The notes below the pieces were generated by a model. It had not been told where the DNA came from. It ran no database searches and saw nothing but the letters and a program-made list of their open reading frames with translations. This document shows, in pieces, positions 1 through 9,895 of a DNA stretch of 64,000 nucleotides; position 1 is the stretch's first letter; each line of letters begins with the position of its first letter. Source of the stretch: an uncultured cyanobacterium. Its GTDB lineage: Bacteria > Cyanobacteriota > Cyanobacteriia > Cyanobacteriales > Nostocaceae. The position numbers and the translations under genes are program-made. Location: positions 2,368,001-2,432,000 of the forward strand of contig CAVUDP010000002.1 in the NCBI GenBank assembly GCA_963740315.1. Direction: 5' to 3'.

Positions 1-1
1 C

Positions 2-622
2 AAGCCAGTGGATATGTCGCGTCTGGAAGGTGATTTTGACCGGATGCTGCGAAAATACTTCAATCTCAGCTTAGCTCAGCTTAATTTTTCTGAGATAGTT
101 TATGAAGTTTTTCAAGTTGCTCGCAACAACAACATCCGCTTACCCAGCAACATGGGATTGTACGCTAAAACCATCGCCAATTTAGAAGGATTAGCTAGAG
201 GATTCAACCCAGAAATAAATTTCATCGAAGAAATCAAACCTTTTTTAACAGACTTATTCCGCAAACAATTAGTAGGGGATTCACCCGTTCGTTCTCTTTT
301 AAGAACCGCACTAGATTTAAAAAGTCTTTCCCTACAATTCCCCCGTCAAATTGAATACTTGTTAGAGAAGGTAACAACAGAAACCTTGCAGTGGAACTTA
401 AATATTAAAGGTTTAGACGGTTTGCGCCGCACCACAGACGATGCAGCCAATCGACTATCTTTTAGTGTATTGGTAGGTTCGCTGATCATGGGTGCAGCAA
501 TTATTTCCACCAACGCTCAAACCGCCCAGTTATCTTTAATTAGTAACGTTTTGTTTGCTGCTGCGAGTTTATTAGGATTGTGGTTAATCTTTAGTATTTT
601 GCGCTCTGGAAGATTGCGGTAA
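2..622 (+). CDS. ABC1/AarF/UbiB-family atypical kinase, C-terminal part (5' end outside window)
   Basis: Frame is open from the window edge. 'IRLPSNMGLYAKTIANLEGLARGFNPEINF' and two C-terminal TM helices are typical of cyanobacterial ABC1 kinases. Confidence 0.85.
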   Translation, partial: KPVDMSRLEGDFDRMLRKYFNLSLAQLNFSEIVYEVFQVARNNNIRLPSNMGLYAKTIANLEGLARGFNPEINFIEEIKPFLTDLFRKQLVGDSPVRSLLRTALDLKSLSLQFPRQIEYLLEKVTTETLQWNLNIKGLDGLRRTTDDAANRLSFSVLVGSLIMGAAIISTNAQTAQLSLISNVLFAAASLLGLWLIFSILRSGRLR

Positions 623-627
623 TGTGA

Positions 628-712
628 GGAGATGGGGGGATGGGGAGATGAGGGGATGAGGGGACAAGGAGACAAGGAGAGAGGTAAGAGGGGGTAGAGG
701 GGGTAGAGTGGA
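628..712. repeat. Purine-rich STRR-type short tandem repeats (GGGGA(G/T)A, GGAGACAA, GGGGGTAGA)
   Basis: Directly visible 7-9 bp degenerate tandem units after the stop codon. Confidence 0.8.
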
Positions 713-714
713 GA

Positions 715-898
715 GCGAGATTTTTTCTAGGGAGCGAGATTTTTCTCAGATGCGAGATTTTTCTCAGATGCGAGATTTTTTCTAGGGAGCGAGATTTTTC
801 TCAGATGCGAGATTTTTCTCAGATGCGAGATTTTTTCTAGGGAGCGAGATTTTTCTCAGATGCGAGATTTTTTCTAGGGAGCGAGACGCTCCCACTAC
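715..898. repeat. Minisatellite of 19-bp (A) and 18-bp (B) units in the order ABBABBABA, ending in a REP-like arm
   Basis: A=GCGAGATTTTTTCTAGGGA, B=GCGAGATTTTTCTCAGAT; terminates in GCGAGACGCTCCCACTAC. Confidence 0.9.
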
Positions 899-902
899 AT
901 TC

Positions 903-982
903 TTAACTCCGGTGGTCCTAACTCCGGTGGTCCTAACTCCTAACCTTTGACCTTTAACCTTTAACCTTTAACCTTTAACCTT
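903..982. repeat. STRR arrays (TAACTCC with GGTGGTCC inserts; TTAACCT)
   Basis: Directly visible tandem units. Confidence 0.85.
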
Positions 983-1018
983 AATATTATGCATCGCCGT
1001 ATTATTTAATATATATCT

Positions 1019-2011
1019 ATGTCTATCATCATTGCTCAGGATTTGAGCAAAGTTTATCCAGTCGCTATTAAGGAACCGGGTATTAAAGGTACAGTCTCTC
1101 ATTTTTTTCGCCGCAAGTACCGGGAAATTAAAGCTGTTAATAATGTTTCTTTTGAAATTGCGCCGGGTGAGGTGGTTGGTTTTTTGGGAGCAAACGGTGC
1201 GGGGAAAACTACTACTCTCAAAATGCTGACTGGGTTAATCCATCCGAGTAGCGGTAATGTCAGGGTTGCTAATAATATTCCCTTTCAACGTAAAGAAGCT
1301 TTTTTACAGCAAATTACTTTGGTAATGGGACAAAAACAGCAGTTGTTATGGGATTTACCGGCTCTGGATTCTTTAAAAATTAACGCTGCTGTCTATAGTA
1401 TTCCCGATAAGGAATTTCGCCATCGAGTGGGAGAGTTAACGGAAATGCTTTCACTTGAAGATAAGCTGACTCAACCTGTGCGAAAAATGTCTTTAGGGGA
1501 ACGCATGAAGGCTGAGTTATTGGCGGCGCTTTTGCATCGTCCGCAGGTATTATTTTTGGATGAACCGACTTTAGGATTGGATGTCAACGCTCAAGTTAAT
1601 GTCCGGGATTTTTTGCGCGAATACAATCAGCGCTATCAAGCTACGGTTTTGTTAACCAGTCATTACATGGCGGATATTACAGCTTTGTGCAAGCGAGTGC
1701 TGTTGATTCATCAAGGACAATTGATGTATGACGGTAGTTTAGATGGGCTTTTGGAAAGGTTTGCGCCTTATCGAGTGGTTAATTTGGAATTAGCGAAACC
1801 CGTAGATACAGCTACATTAGAAACATATGGTGAAATTAAGGTTCACGACGGCAGAATGGTTGGTTTTATGATTCCTCAAGAAAAACTTACCAGCACGGTA
1901 TCGCGTATTTTAACCGATTTAGAAGTAGTCAATCTTACAGTTACCGAGCCACCTGTAGAAGAAGTGATTGGGAAAGTTTTTCAAGCGGGAGGGGTGGATA
2001 GTGGACAGTGA
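1019..2011 (+). CDS. ABC-2 type exporter ATP-binding protein
   Basis: Walker A GANGAGKT, signature MSLGE, Walker B LFLDEPT, H-loop TSH. Confidence 0.92.
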   Translation: MSIIIAQDLSKVYPVAIKEPGIKGTVSHFFRRKYREIKAVNNVSFEIAPGEVVGFLGANGAGKTTTLKMLTGLIHPSSGNVRVANNIPFQRKEAFLQQITLVMGQKQQLLWDLPALDSLKINAAVYSIPDKEFRHRVGELTEMLSLEDKLTQPVRKMSLGERMKAELLAALLHRPQVLFLDEPTLGLDVNAQVNVRDFLREYNQRYQATVLLTSHYMADITALCKRVLLIHQGQLMYDGSLDGLLERFAPYRVVNLELAKPVDTATLETYGEIKVHDGRMVGFMIPQEKLTSTVSRILTDLEVVNLTVTEPPVEEVIGKVFQAGGVDSGQ

Positions 2012-2060
2012 ACAGTGAACAGTTATCAATTATCAATTATCAATTATCAATTATCAATTA
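1994..2060. repeat. STRR heptamer arrays (CAGTGAA, TATCAAT) overlapping the ABC gene stop
   Basis: Tandem heptamers visible. Confidence 0.85.
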
Positions 2061-2089
2061 AATGTTTTGCTAAAAATTACTTGATTACA

Positions 2090-2164
2090 TTAGAGATTCG
2101 CATTTCCTTTGACAAATTTACGAAATGCTCTTTTAAATTTTGGGGTTGAAATTAGCAATCTCAT
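2090..2164 (-). pseudogene. Truncated RelE/YafQ-family toxin (24 codons)
   Basis: ATGA overlap with the upstream ORF stop. Translates MRLLISTPKFKRAFRKFVKGNANL*, resembling the RelE/YafQ N-terminal 'T/S-x-x-F-K-R-A-F-K-K' segment; no continuation seen. Confidence 0.65.
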
Positions 2165-2388
2165 GCTTCTGAGTCATTCAAGGACTGACGCAATTCTGCA
2201 ATAATACTTTTGGCTGATTGAGGTTGATAGTTACCAGCACGGAAATCAGCTAAAGTTTTTTGTGCATCTTCTGCGATTTCTGCTCGACGGCTTTCATGTT
2301 GGCGATTTTGCAGAATTTTTATCAGCATTTCCTGCTGCTCGTAGGACAATTGCAAAGCGCTTTCTAGCACTTGATTAAGAGTATTCAT
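2161..2388 (-). CDS. Small putative antitoxin (addiction-module component-like)
   Basis: 75 aa, 'LNQVLESALQLSYEQQEMLIKIL' helical pattern; translationally coupled to the toxin remnant. Confidence 0.6.
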   Translation of the reverse strand: MNTLNQVLESALQLSYEQQEMLIKILQNRQHESRRAEIAEDAQKTLADFRAGNYQPQSAKSIIAELRQSLNDSEA

Positions 2389-2708
2389 AAAATTTTAGTA
2401 TCAACTTTAAGTTTATAAAAGCATATATAGTTTAATCAATTTTAACCCCCGTACAAATCCTATGAGACATTTTTCTAGAAATACGAATTAGAACATTAGA
2501 GCAAGATTAATTAAAAGTTCTTTTTTCTTCCCCTTCTTCCCCCTCTTCCCCCTCTCAAAAGCATTACTAATTTTCTAACGGAACAGGAGTAACTAAAATC
2601 CCCTAATCCCTCACCTCAGATAATTCTTTTTATTTCTCGAAGTAGATTTATCTTTAACTCTGGCAAGCTAAATTAACAAATATTATTATTTAATCTCATC
2701 TTAGTAAT

Positions 2709-3821
2709 ATGCAGTTAAAGCTGAAAAATAAACTTGTAAAACAGGAGGTAAAAGCCGCACTTGCTGCTGAGCCCTATGAATCTGCGGAGATTGTTGGTTT
2801 ACTTTATGTAAGCGATGCGACTCCGGGTATCAAGCGTCAGCGTAAGGGTAAAGGATTTTGCTACTACGATGCGGAAGGGAATAAAATTTGTTGTGAAGAT
2901 GAATTAAATAGAATTAAAGCTCTGGTTATACCTCCTGCTTGGGATGAAGTTTGGATTTGTAGCGATGAGAGAGGACATTTGCAGGCTACCGGAAGAGATG
3001 AAAAGGGACGCAAACAGTACCGCTATCACGCACATTGGCGGAAAATCCGTTCTCAAACTAAGTTTAATCGCACAATTGCTTTTGGTTTGGCTTTACCCAA
3101 AATTCGGGAACAGGTACAAAAAGATTTAAGAAAACACGATTTACCTAAAGAAAAGGTAATAGCCGCGATCGCCAAGCTTTTGGAAACTACTAAAATTCGC
3201 GTGGGTAATCAACAGTATGCCCAAAAGAATAAGTCTTTCGGCTTAACGACAATGAAACAGCGTCATGTTGATATTTCCGGTTCGCGGTTGCGCTTCAAGT
3301 TTCGTGGTAAAAGTGGTGTAGACCATGATATCGAACTATGTAATCGGCGTTTGGCAAAGATAGTTAAGCGAATTCAAGAATTACCCGGACAAGAATTATT
3401 TCAATTTATAGATGATGATAAGAAACGTCATTCAATTGATTCTGGCGATGTTAATGATTATCTCAAAGAAATTACCAATTTAGATTTGACCGCGAAAGAT
3501 TTTCGTACTTGGTTTGGAACCGTATTAGCAGCAGAAGAGTTATATGAATTTGGTAAATTTGAATCGGAAAAACAAGCCAATAAAAATATTGTTCAAGCAA
3601 TTAAAAATGTAGCGCAAGAATTGGGAAATCGTCCTGCAACCTGCCGTAAATATTACGTTCATCCGGGAATTTTAGCAGCGTACAAAGACGGTTCGTTATT
3701 CTCAGAAATTGAAAAACTTTATCGAGTCGATAAAGATAAATTGAAGTTACGTCCGGTAGAGCAAGCGGTACTAAACATTTTAGAAAAGCATTTATTGCAA
3801 GAAGTTGAAGAAAACGAATAA
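2709..3821 (+). CDS. DNA topoisomerase IB (bacterial, poxvirus-like)
   Basis: Motifs GRDEKGRKQYRYH, IRVGN, SFGLTT, FRGKSG, TAKDFRTW and LGNRPATCRKYYVHP (catalytic Tyr region). Confidence 0.92.
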   Translation: MQLKLKNKLVKQEVKAALAAEPYESAEIVGLLYVSDATPGIKRQRKGKGFCYYDAEGNKICCEDELNRIKALVIPPAWDEVWICSDERGHLQATGRDEKGRKQYRYHAHWRKIRSQTKFNRTIAFGLALPKIREQVQKDLRKHDLPKEKVIAAIAKLLETTKIRVGNQQYAQKNKSFGLTTMKQRHVDISGSRLRFKFRGKSGVDHDIELCNRRLAKIVKRIQELPGQELFQFIDDDKKRHSIDSGDVNDYLKEITNLDLTAKDFRTWFGTVLAAEELYEFGKFESEKQANKNIVQAIKNVAQELGNRPATCRKYYVHPGILAAYKDGSLFSEIEKLYRVDKDKLKLRPVEQAVLNILEKHLLQEVEENE

Positions 3822-3960
3822 CTTTGCTTTTATTTGTGTTGGATTGTGATTTATTATATAGCAGTAATTTATGATTTTTCTCCTTCGTACTATAGATTTA
3901 TTTTTTAATAGGAAGGTTTAAAGTAACGAAGAGTGAGATGAGATCGGCAAACAGCTATAA

Positions 3961-4022
3961 AACTGATAACTGTTCACTGTTCACTGTTCACTGTTCACTG
4001 TTCACTGTTAACTGCTCACTGA
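3961..4022. repeat. STRR (CTGTTCA)n
   Basis: About 8 tandem heptamers. Confidence 0.9.
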
Positions 4023-4039
4023 TTCTTGGTAACTGAAAA

Positions 4040-4717
4040 ATGGACGACTTAAATCTTGACGTACAAACAGATTTACTCAAAGCAATTCAAGGACACGCAG
4101 ACGGCGTATCATTTGAAGGCAAAGGTTTAAAATTCAAAGATATTCGCCTTTCTGAAATTCAGTTAAAAACTGATGATATTGATATCAATCCCCTCAAAGT
4201 TTTATTCGGTGAAGTCGAATTAGATCACCCAGTAAATATAAAAACTCGAATTGTAATAGAAGAAGCCGATATCAATGAAGCTTTAAAATTAGATTTAGTT
4301 CGCAATATATTGTATGAGTTTTTGACATTCCATACTGAAGAAAAGATTGCGAGTATGTATCCAGAAAAACTTCAGCTTCGATTACCAGGAAATAGTAAAA
4401 TTGAAATCGAAGGTGAAATCGTTTTAGATTCAGGTAGAGAAAAGAAACCTTTGGGCTTAAAAGCTGATGTGCGCTTGGAATCTTTAGAAAAGCCAATTAT
4501 ACTTGATGGCTTTAAATGCAACACTCCAGATGGAATTGATTTAGAAGTAATGAATGCTTTGATAAGTAAAATAAATCAAGTCCGGAAATCGCCTTATTTT
4601 AAGTTGAAAGATGTAGCATTACGCATCAATCGTCTAGAAGTGCAACAAGGTAGTATAATATTACTCGCGCAAATTAATCTTCAACAAATACCTGACAATA
4701 TACCCTTAAAGTCATAA
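4040..4717 (+). CDS. DUF2993/LmeA-like protein
   Basis: 'VQTDLLKAIQGHADGVSFEG...IDINPLKVLFGEVELDHPV...RIVIEEADINEAL' matches the cyanobacterial DUF2993 pattern. Confidence 0.75.
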   Translation: MDDLNLDVQTDLLKAIQGHADGVSFEGKGLKFKDIRLSEIQLKTDDIDINPLKVLFGEVELDHPVNIKTRIVIEEADINEALKLDLVRNILYEFLTFHTEEKIASMYPEKLQLRLPGNSKIEIEGEIVLDSGREKKPLGLKADVRLESLEKPIILDGFKCNTPDGIDLEVMNALISKINQVRKSPYFKLKDVALRINRLEVQQGSIILLAQINLQQIPDNIPLKS

Positions 4718-4816
4718 ATTTTATTCAATACTTGTATAACTTCGGTATGATGTAACTTTTTGCGGGAATCATTAATATAAGTTAATCAATATATTCCATA
4801 TCTAGAACTATTAATC

Positions 4817-6511
4817 ATGCAACAATATGATGTTGTAATTATCGGTGCCGGACATAACGGATTAGTTTGTGCTGCTTACTTATTGAAAGCTGGCTATACC
4901 GTAGCAATATTGGAAAAACGTTCGATACCCGGTGGTGCGGCCACTACAGAGGAACTTTTACCAAAAGAAGCACCGGGATTTATGTTTAATTTGTGTGCGA
5001 TCGACCACGAATTTATTCACCTCGGACCTGTTGTTGAAGAATTAGAATTAGAAAAATACGGATTGGAATATTTATACTGCGATCCAGTTGTATTTTGTCC
5101 CCATCCAGACGGAAAGTACTTCTTAGGGCATAAGTCTTTAGATAAAACCTGTGCTGAAATCGCTCGTTACTCTCAACGCGATGCGGTAAAGTATAAGGAA
5201 TTTACAGAATATTGGCAGCGGGCTTTGGGGGCAATGATTCCCATGTTCAACGCACCACCGAAGTCAATTTTAGATATTGCTGGTAATTACGATATTACGA
5301 AGATAAAAGATTTATTTTCAGTAATCGGTTCGGTAGATAAAACCCTGGACTTTATCCGTAATATGTTAACCAGCGGCGAGGATATTCTTAACGAATGGTT
5401 TGATTCGGAATTCCTCAAAGCACCTTTAGCCAGACTTAGCGCTGAATTGGGTGCGCCACCTTCGCAAAAAACCTTGGCGATCGGGGCGATAATGATGGCA
5501 ATGCGTCACAATCCAGGCATGGCAATACTTCGCGGTGGAACTGGTGCATTAATTAAAGCTTTAGTGAATTTAGTTACAAGTAAAGGTGGGGTTATCTTAA
5601 CCGAACAACACGTAGAAAAAATATTGATTGATAACGGTAAAGCTGTAGGCGTTCGCGTTGCAGGTGGTAAAGAATATCGCGCTAAAGAAGCGGTAATTTC
5701 TAACATTGACGCGAAACGAGTATTCATGCAAATGGTAGATAAAAGCGATTCAGATGCAGCCGATCCAGACTTACATGAAAGGTTAAAACGTCGCATCGTC
5801 AATAATAACGAAACCATCCTTAAAATTGACTTAGCATTAAACGAACCGCTACATTTTGAACACCACGAACACAAAGACGAATATTTAGTTGGTTCAATAT
5901 TAATTGCCGATTCAGTTCATCATGTAGAACAAGCGCATAGCTTGTGTACTTTGGGTCAAATTCCCGATGCCGATCCTTCAATGTACGTCGTAATGCCCAG
6001 CTTCCGCGACCCTAGTTTAGCACCTCCAGGAAAGCATACTTTGTGGATTGAATTTTTTGCTCCCTATCAAATAAAAGATGCCGAAGGTACTGGTTTAAAT
6101 GGTACCGGATGGACTGAGGAATTGAAAAATAAAGTAGCAGATAGAGTTATAGATAAACTCGCTGATTACTCGCCAAATGTGAAAAATGCAACTATCGCTC
6201 GTGCCGTAGAAAGTCCTGCCGAATTAGGTGAAAGATTGGGTGCTTATAAGGGGAATTACTATCATATTGATATGACATTAGACCAGATGATTTTCTTCCG
6301 TCCCCTACCCGAAATTGCTAACTATAAAACCCCAATTGAAGACCTGTATTTAACAGGTGCGGGAACTCATCCAGGTGGTTCAATTTCCGGAATGCCGGGA
6401 CGTAATTGTGCTAGGGTATTTTTGCAGCATAAGCAACCCATGCAGCAGAGTTTGAAGGATGCGAAAGAAGCGATTACTAATACCTTTGAGTCGATGTTTA
6501 AGAGCAAGTAA
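4817..6511 (+). CDS. crtO: Phytoene-dehydrogenase-fold FAD oxidoreductase, likely beta-carotene ketolase
   Basis: GAGHNGL FAD motif and C-terminal LYLTGAGTHPGGSISGMPGRNCA; 564 aa, consistent with Nostocales CrtO. Confidence 0.75.
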   Translation: MQQYDVVIIGAGHNGLVCAAYLLKAGYTVAILEKRSIPGGAATTEELLPKEAPGFMFNLCAIDHEFIHLGPVVEELELEKYGLEYLYCDPVVFCPHPDGKYFLGHKSLDKTCAEIARYSQRDAVKYKEFTEYWQRALGAMIPMFNAPPKSILDIAGNYDITKIKDLFSVIGSVDKTLDFIRNMLTSGEDILNEWFDSEFLKAPLARLSAELGAPPSQKTLAIGAIMMAMRHNPGMAILRGGTGALIKALVNLVTSKGGVILTEQHVEKILIDNGKAVGVRVAGGKEYRAKEAVISNIDAKRVFMQMVDKSDSDAADPDLHERLKRRIVNNNETILKIDLALNEPLHFEHHEHKDEYLVGSILIADSVHHVEQAHSLCTLGQIPDADPSMYVVMPSFRDPSLAPPGKHTLWIEFFAPYQIKDAEGTGLNGTGWTEELKNKVADRVIDKLADYSPNVKNATIARAVESPAELGERLGAYKGNYYHIDMTLDQMIFFRPLPEIANYKTPIEDLYLTGAGTHPGGSISGMPGRNCARVFLQHKQPMQQSLKDAKEAITNTFESMFKSK

Positions 6512-6518
6512 TCTTGTA

Positions 6519-6860
6519 AAAAGCCCGCACTACAATTACAAAGGCTACCGTTAAAGTGGGCTAAATAGTAGGTACTAGGTAGGGTGTGTTATGGCTTCAG
6601 CCTAACGCACCAAATACAATTTAATTAATTTTAATTAAGTCCAGTAGGTTGGGTTAGACACGAAAATTAATTTGAACTCATAAAGAGAATTTTTATTAAT
6701 CGTGTCGTAACCCAACATCAAGATTGTGGGGGAAAATATTATTAAAATTGAAAATTTAGATATTGTAAAGTCTTGAAAGTAAAATGTTGGGTTACGGTGC
6801 TTTGGATAAATTTTTCAGTAAAAAGCTATTCTTAAAATTGCGCTTAATCCAAACTACTAG
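6519..6860. repeat. Cluster of REP-like/SDR palindromic elements
   Basis: GTAGGGTGTGTTATGGC..GCCTAACGCACC (6579-6612); GTAGGTTGGGTTAGACACG...CGTGTCGTAACCCAACA (6644-6717) and an inverted degenerate copy (about 6785-6857). Relatives occur at 28561-28845 and 56982-57217. Confidence 0.75.
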
Positions 6861-6865
6861 CTGCA

Positions 6866-7231
6866 TTACTTATAAAAATTTTCTTCAAAAAATTCAATTA
6901 GTTTATGAATGATTATACAAATTAGACCGATTATAAAAACAATTAAAGTGGCAAAACCACTCATCACACCCCATACATGAATAGTATTATATAAGCTTTG
7001 CGAATAATCATTAATATTAAACCTATGATTATCGCTATATAATATCCAAAAAAATGCGAAAATAATCTGAATAATAAGACTACTAAAAGCAATACTACAG
7101 AATATATAAATCAGACCAAGAAACCACTTTCTTAAATAAGCCTTTCTTGCTGTTATCAACCATATAATACCTACTAGAATACCAGTTAAAACACTGATAA
7201 ACGTACAGATTCCAAGAATAAGATATTCCAT
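6866..7231 (-). CDS. Hypothetical membrane protein (3 TM)
   Basis: 121-aa ORF with three hydrophobic stretches; very AT-rich. Confidence 0.6.
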   Translation of the reverse strand: MEYLILGICTFISVLTGILVGIIWLITARKAYLRKWFLGLIYIFCSIAFSSLIIQIIFAFFWILYSDNHRFNINDYSQSLYNTIHVWGVMSGFATLIVFIIGLICIIIHKLIEFFEENFYK

Positions 7232-7434
7232 AATTTATCACAGCATACTAGAAAATAATAAATAACCCTGTAATTATTGTTGCTAAAAGACGATGGAGGG
7301 TTAGTGGTTGGTATCCACCTATAGATTAATTCTGTAAATCTCTACCTTTTTATTCATACAATGTCATCCCGGCTACAGATGACACAGTATATACAAAACT
7401 GATTCAATAGATGCAGCGTAGCTAATGCACAAAC

Positions 7435-8526
7435 ATGACACAACGAGTTTTAATATTAGGGGGAAGAGGACGCATAGGTAGTAGTGTTGCCCAAGATATC
7501 GCCAAGCATACGCAGGCAGAAATCACTGTTACCGGACGCACGGCTGTTAAAAGGGGACATGATACGTCTTTACAATACCTTGCTTTGGATTTAGCGGAAA
7601 CTGAAAAACTACGTGAAGCTATTTCTAATACCGATATTGTTGTTCATTGTGCGGGTCCTTTTCACTACCGAGATACTACAGTTTTACAAATCTGCATTGA
7701 ACAAGGTGTTAACTATGTAGATGTTAGCGACCATCGTTCTTATACTAGTAAAGTATTAACCCTTCACGATCAAGCTACTAAAAAAGGTATAACGGCGGTA
7801 ATTAATACGGGTATTTTTCCCGGTATTTCTAATAGTATGGTGCGTCAATGTGTCGAACAATTTGACGAAGCAGAAAAAATTCATTTAAGTTATGTTGTGG
7901 CGGGTTCCGGTGGTGCTGGGGTAACTGTAATGCGAACTACGTTTTTAGGCTTGCAAAACCCTTTTGAAGCATTGATAAACGGTAAATGGGAAATAGTTAA
8001 ACCCTACACCGATAGAGAAACAATTACTTTCGCACAACCCTACGAACAAAACGGAGTTTACTGGTTTGATATGCCAGAAACATTTACTTTACCAAAAGCT
8101 TTTCCTACAGTTAAAAGCGTAATTACTAAGTTTGGTTCGGTTCCCGATTTATACAACCGTTTAACTTGGATAGCGGCGAATATATTTCCTAAATCATGGA
8201 TACAAAATCGCGGTGGTGTAGAATTTTTAGCTCAAGTTAGTCATTTTATGACCGATGTTAGCGATCGCTTAAGTGGAATTGGTGTAGCAATTCGCTCGGA
8301 AGTTACGGGAATAAAAGATGGCCAAACAAAAACTTATTGTTCTACTTTAGCGCATGAAAACACCGCAGTAGCTTCCGGCTACGGTACGGGTAGTATCGTT
8401 CAATTGTTAACAGAAGGTAAATTAAACAAACCGGGAGTTTACACGGTAGAGGAAGCATTATCAACCGATTTGTTTGAAGAAATGATGCTCCTGAGAGGAA
8501 TCAAGATCGATCAACAATGGATATAA
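7435..8526 (+). CDS. Saccharopine dehydrogenase-like NAD(P)-dependent oxidoreductase
   Basis: LGGRGRIG Rossmann motif, VVHCAGPF, YVDVSD, GIFPGISN. Confidence 0.85.
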   Translation: MTQRVLILGGRGRIGSSVAQDIAKHTQAEITVTGRTAVKRGHDTSLQYLALDLAETEKLREAISNTDIVVHCAGPFHYRDTTVLQICIEQGVNYVDVSDHRSYTSKVLTLHDQATKKGITAVINTGIFPGISNSMVRQCVEQFDEAEKIHLSYVVAGSGGAGVTVMRTTFLGLQNPFEALINGKWEIVKPYTDRETITFAQPYEQNGVYWFDMPETFTLPKAFPTVKSVITKFGSVPDLYNRLTWIAANIFPKSWIQNRGGVEFLAQVSHFMTDVSDRLSGIGVAIRSEVTGIKDGQTKTYCSTLAHENTAVASGYGTGSIVQLLTEGKLNKPGVYTVEEALSTDLFEEMMLLRGIKIDQQWI

Positions 8527-8686
8527 AAATCATTCGTAAGTTTATTGAATTATGCATCTTTTGATAGAAGGAACTTTTTCAAAAAGAAACGTAGGATACT
8601 TTGTTAGTTAGAGATTTTATTAAGACTTTAAAACTTGTTTCTAACTAAATACGATAAAACTAACATTCAAAATCGGAGGGACTTAT

Positions 8687-9040
8687 ATGCAAAGTGTTGT
8701 ATCATCTTTTAAACAAATATTACGCCGCAGTATTGTTTTAAGCTTAATGCTTTTAATACTTGTATCGACATTGTTTGTTGCACAACAACCAAGTTATGCT
8801 TATCCTGCTTCAGAAACTACAAAACTAACTCCACAAGAAAAAATTGACCGGGCTTATACTTTCAGTGAAGGTGTGGGACGTAGAGAAGAAGTAAAGCAAG
8901 AATCTTATCAAGAAGCTATAGAGGAATCTGAAAATCCTGAAAAAGCTTATGAAGAAAATACTAAGGCTTATAGAAAAGAAATGCAACCAGCCATAGTTGA
9001 AAAAGCCGAAGAATTGGTTGAAACTGTAACAGGAAAATAA
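8687..9040 (+). CDS. Hypothetical secreted/periplasmic protein
   Basis: GGAGG RBS, signal-peptide-like N-terminus ending PSYA, acidic body. Confidence 0.75.
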   Translation: MQSVVSSFKQILRRSIVLSLMLLILVSTLFVAQQPSYAYPASETTKLTPQEKIDRAYTFSEGVGRREEVKQESYQEAIEESENPEKAYEENTKAYRKEMQPAIVEKAEELVETVTGK

Positions 9041-9394
9041 TACTTAGTTTAAGAAGGCAACTAATAATAACCTATAGGTAATGGATACTGGCATACAACC
9101 ATCATTCATTACCTATTATAATTTTTGCTCATAAGTATTATAATTAAGATAAGCAGAACCGAATGTATACCTAAAAGTCTGTTAAATCTTAAAAAAATAT
9201 GTAATCTTATTATTAAGTTTAAAAAAAATAATTCTTTATGGGGGATATTAAGCAAAAAACGTCTGCTTATTGCTTTTGCTTTACTGTTGTTCTAAATACA
9301 ATAACCAGTTACATTAAAAATAGAGCTAGTGCTATATAGCGTTTATATATGCTTGTACTTGCCTCATTCATGCCATTAACTATATGAGTGTCTT

Positions 9395-9895
9395 ATGGTT
9401 TTTTTAGGTTCTAATCTACAGAGGCATACAAACTGTATTTCTAAGTTATTTTTGACAAATTTTGGCGATTATTGCAAAAAGCATATATCTTTGTTTTCCG
9501 AAAATTCAGTTGTTTTAATCGTTGATAATGATGCTGATAACCTGCTATTAACAGAACAAATAGTAAAATTATTAGGCTACTGTGCAATTACTGCTCGAAA
9601 CGGTGAAAGTGCTTTAGAAATGATAGAGAAATACCAGCCAGCGCTGGTATTGCTAGAAGTAATGTTACCCGAAATCGACGGTATTAATGTTGCTAGGTAT
9701 TTACGGAAAAACAATAATTTTGTTCCTGTTATTGCTCTGACTAGTTTACCTAGCGATTTATTTAGAGACGAAGCTTTAATGGCAGGTTGTAATGGATATA
9801 TTGAAAAACCTTTTCAAATAGAATATTTAGAAACTGCAATCAAGCAGCTTCTTTTTATACCTTCTACTTCATTCATTAATCCGGTAAAGCATTAG
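9395..9895 (+). CDS. Single-domain response regulator (atypical receiver)
   Basis: VLIVDNDADN...PALVLLEVMLPEIDG...VIALTS...YIEKPF. Phospho-acceptor position is Glu; start uncertain. Confidence 0.8.
   Translation: MVFLGSNLQRHTNCISKLFLTNFGDYCKKHISLFSENSVVLIVDNDADNLLLTEQIVKLLGYCAITARNGESALEMIEKYQPALVLLEVMLPEIDGINVARYLRKNNNFVPVIALTSLPSDLFRDEALMAGCNGYIEKPFQIEYLETAIKQLLFIPSTSFINPVKH

Noticed and set aside
715..880. CRISPR array or coding repeat
   Set aside because: Units are contiguous with no unique spacers and there is no credible ORF.
2709..3821. Tyrosine recombinase/integrase defining a mobile element
   Set aside because: Motifs match topoisomerase IB specifically, and no att-like repeats were seen.
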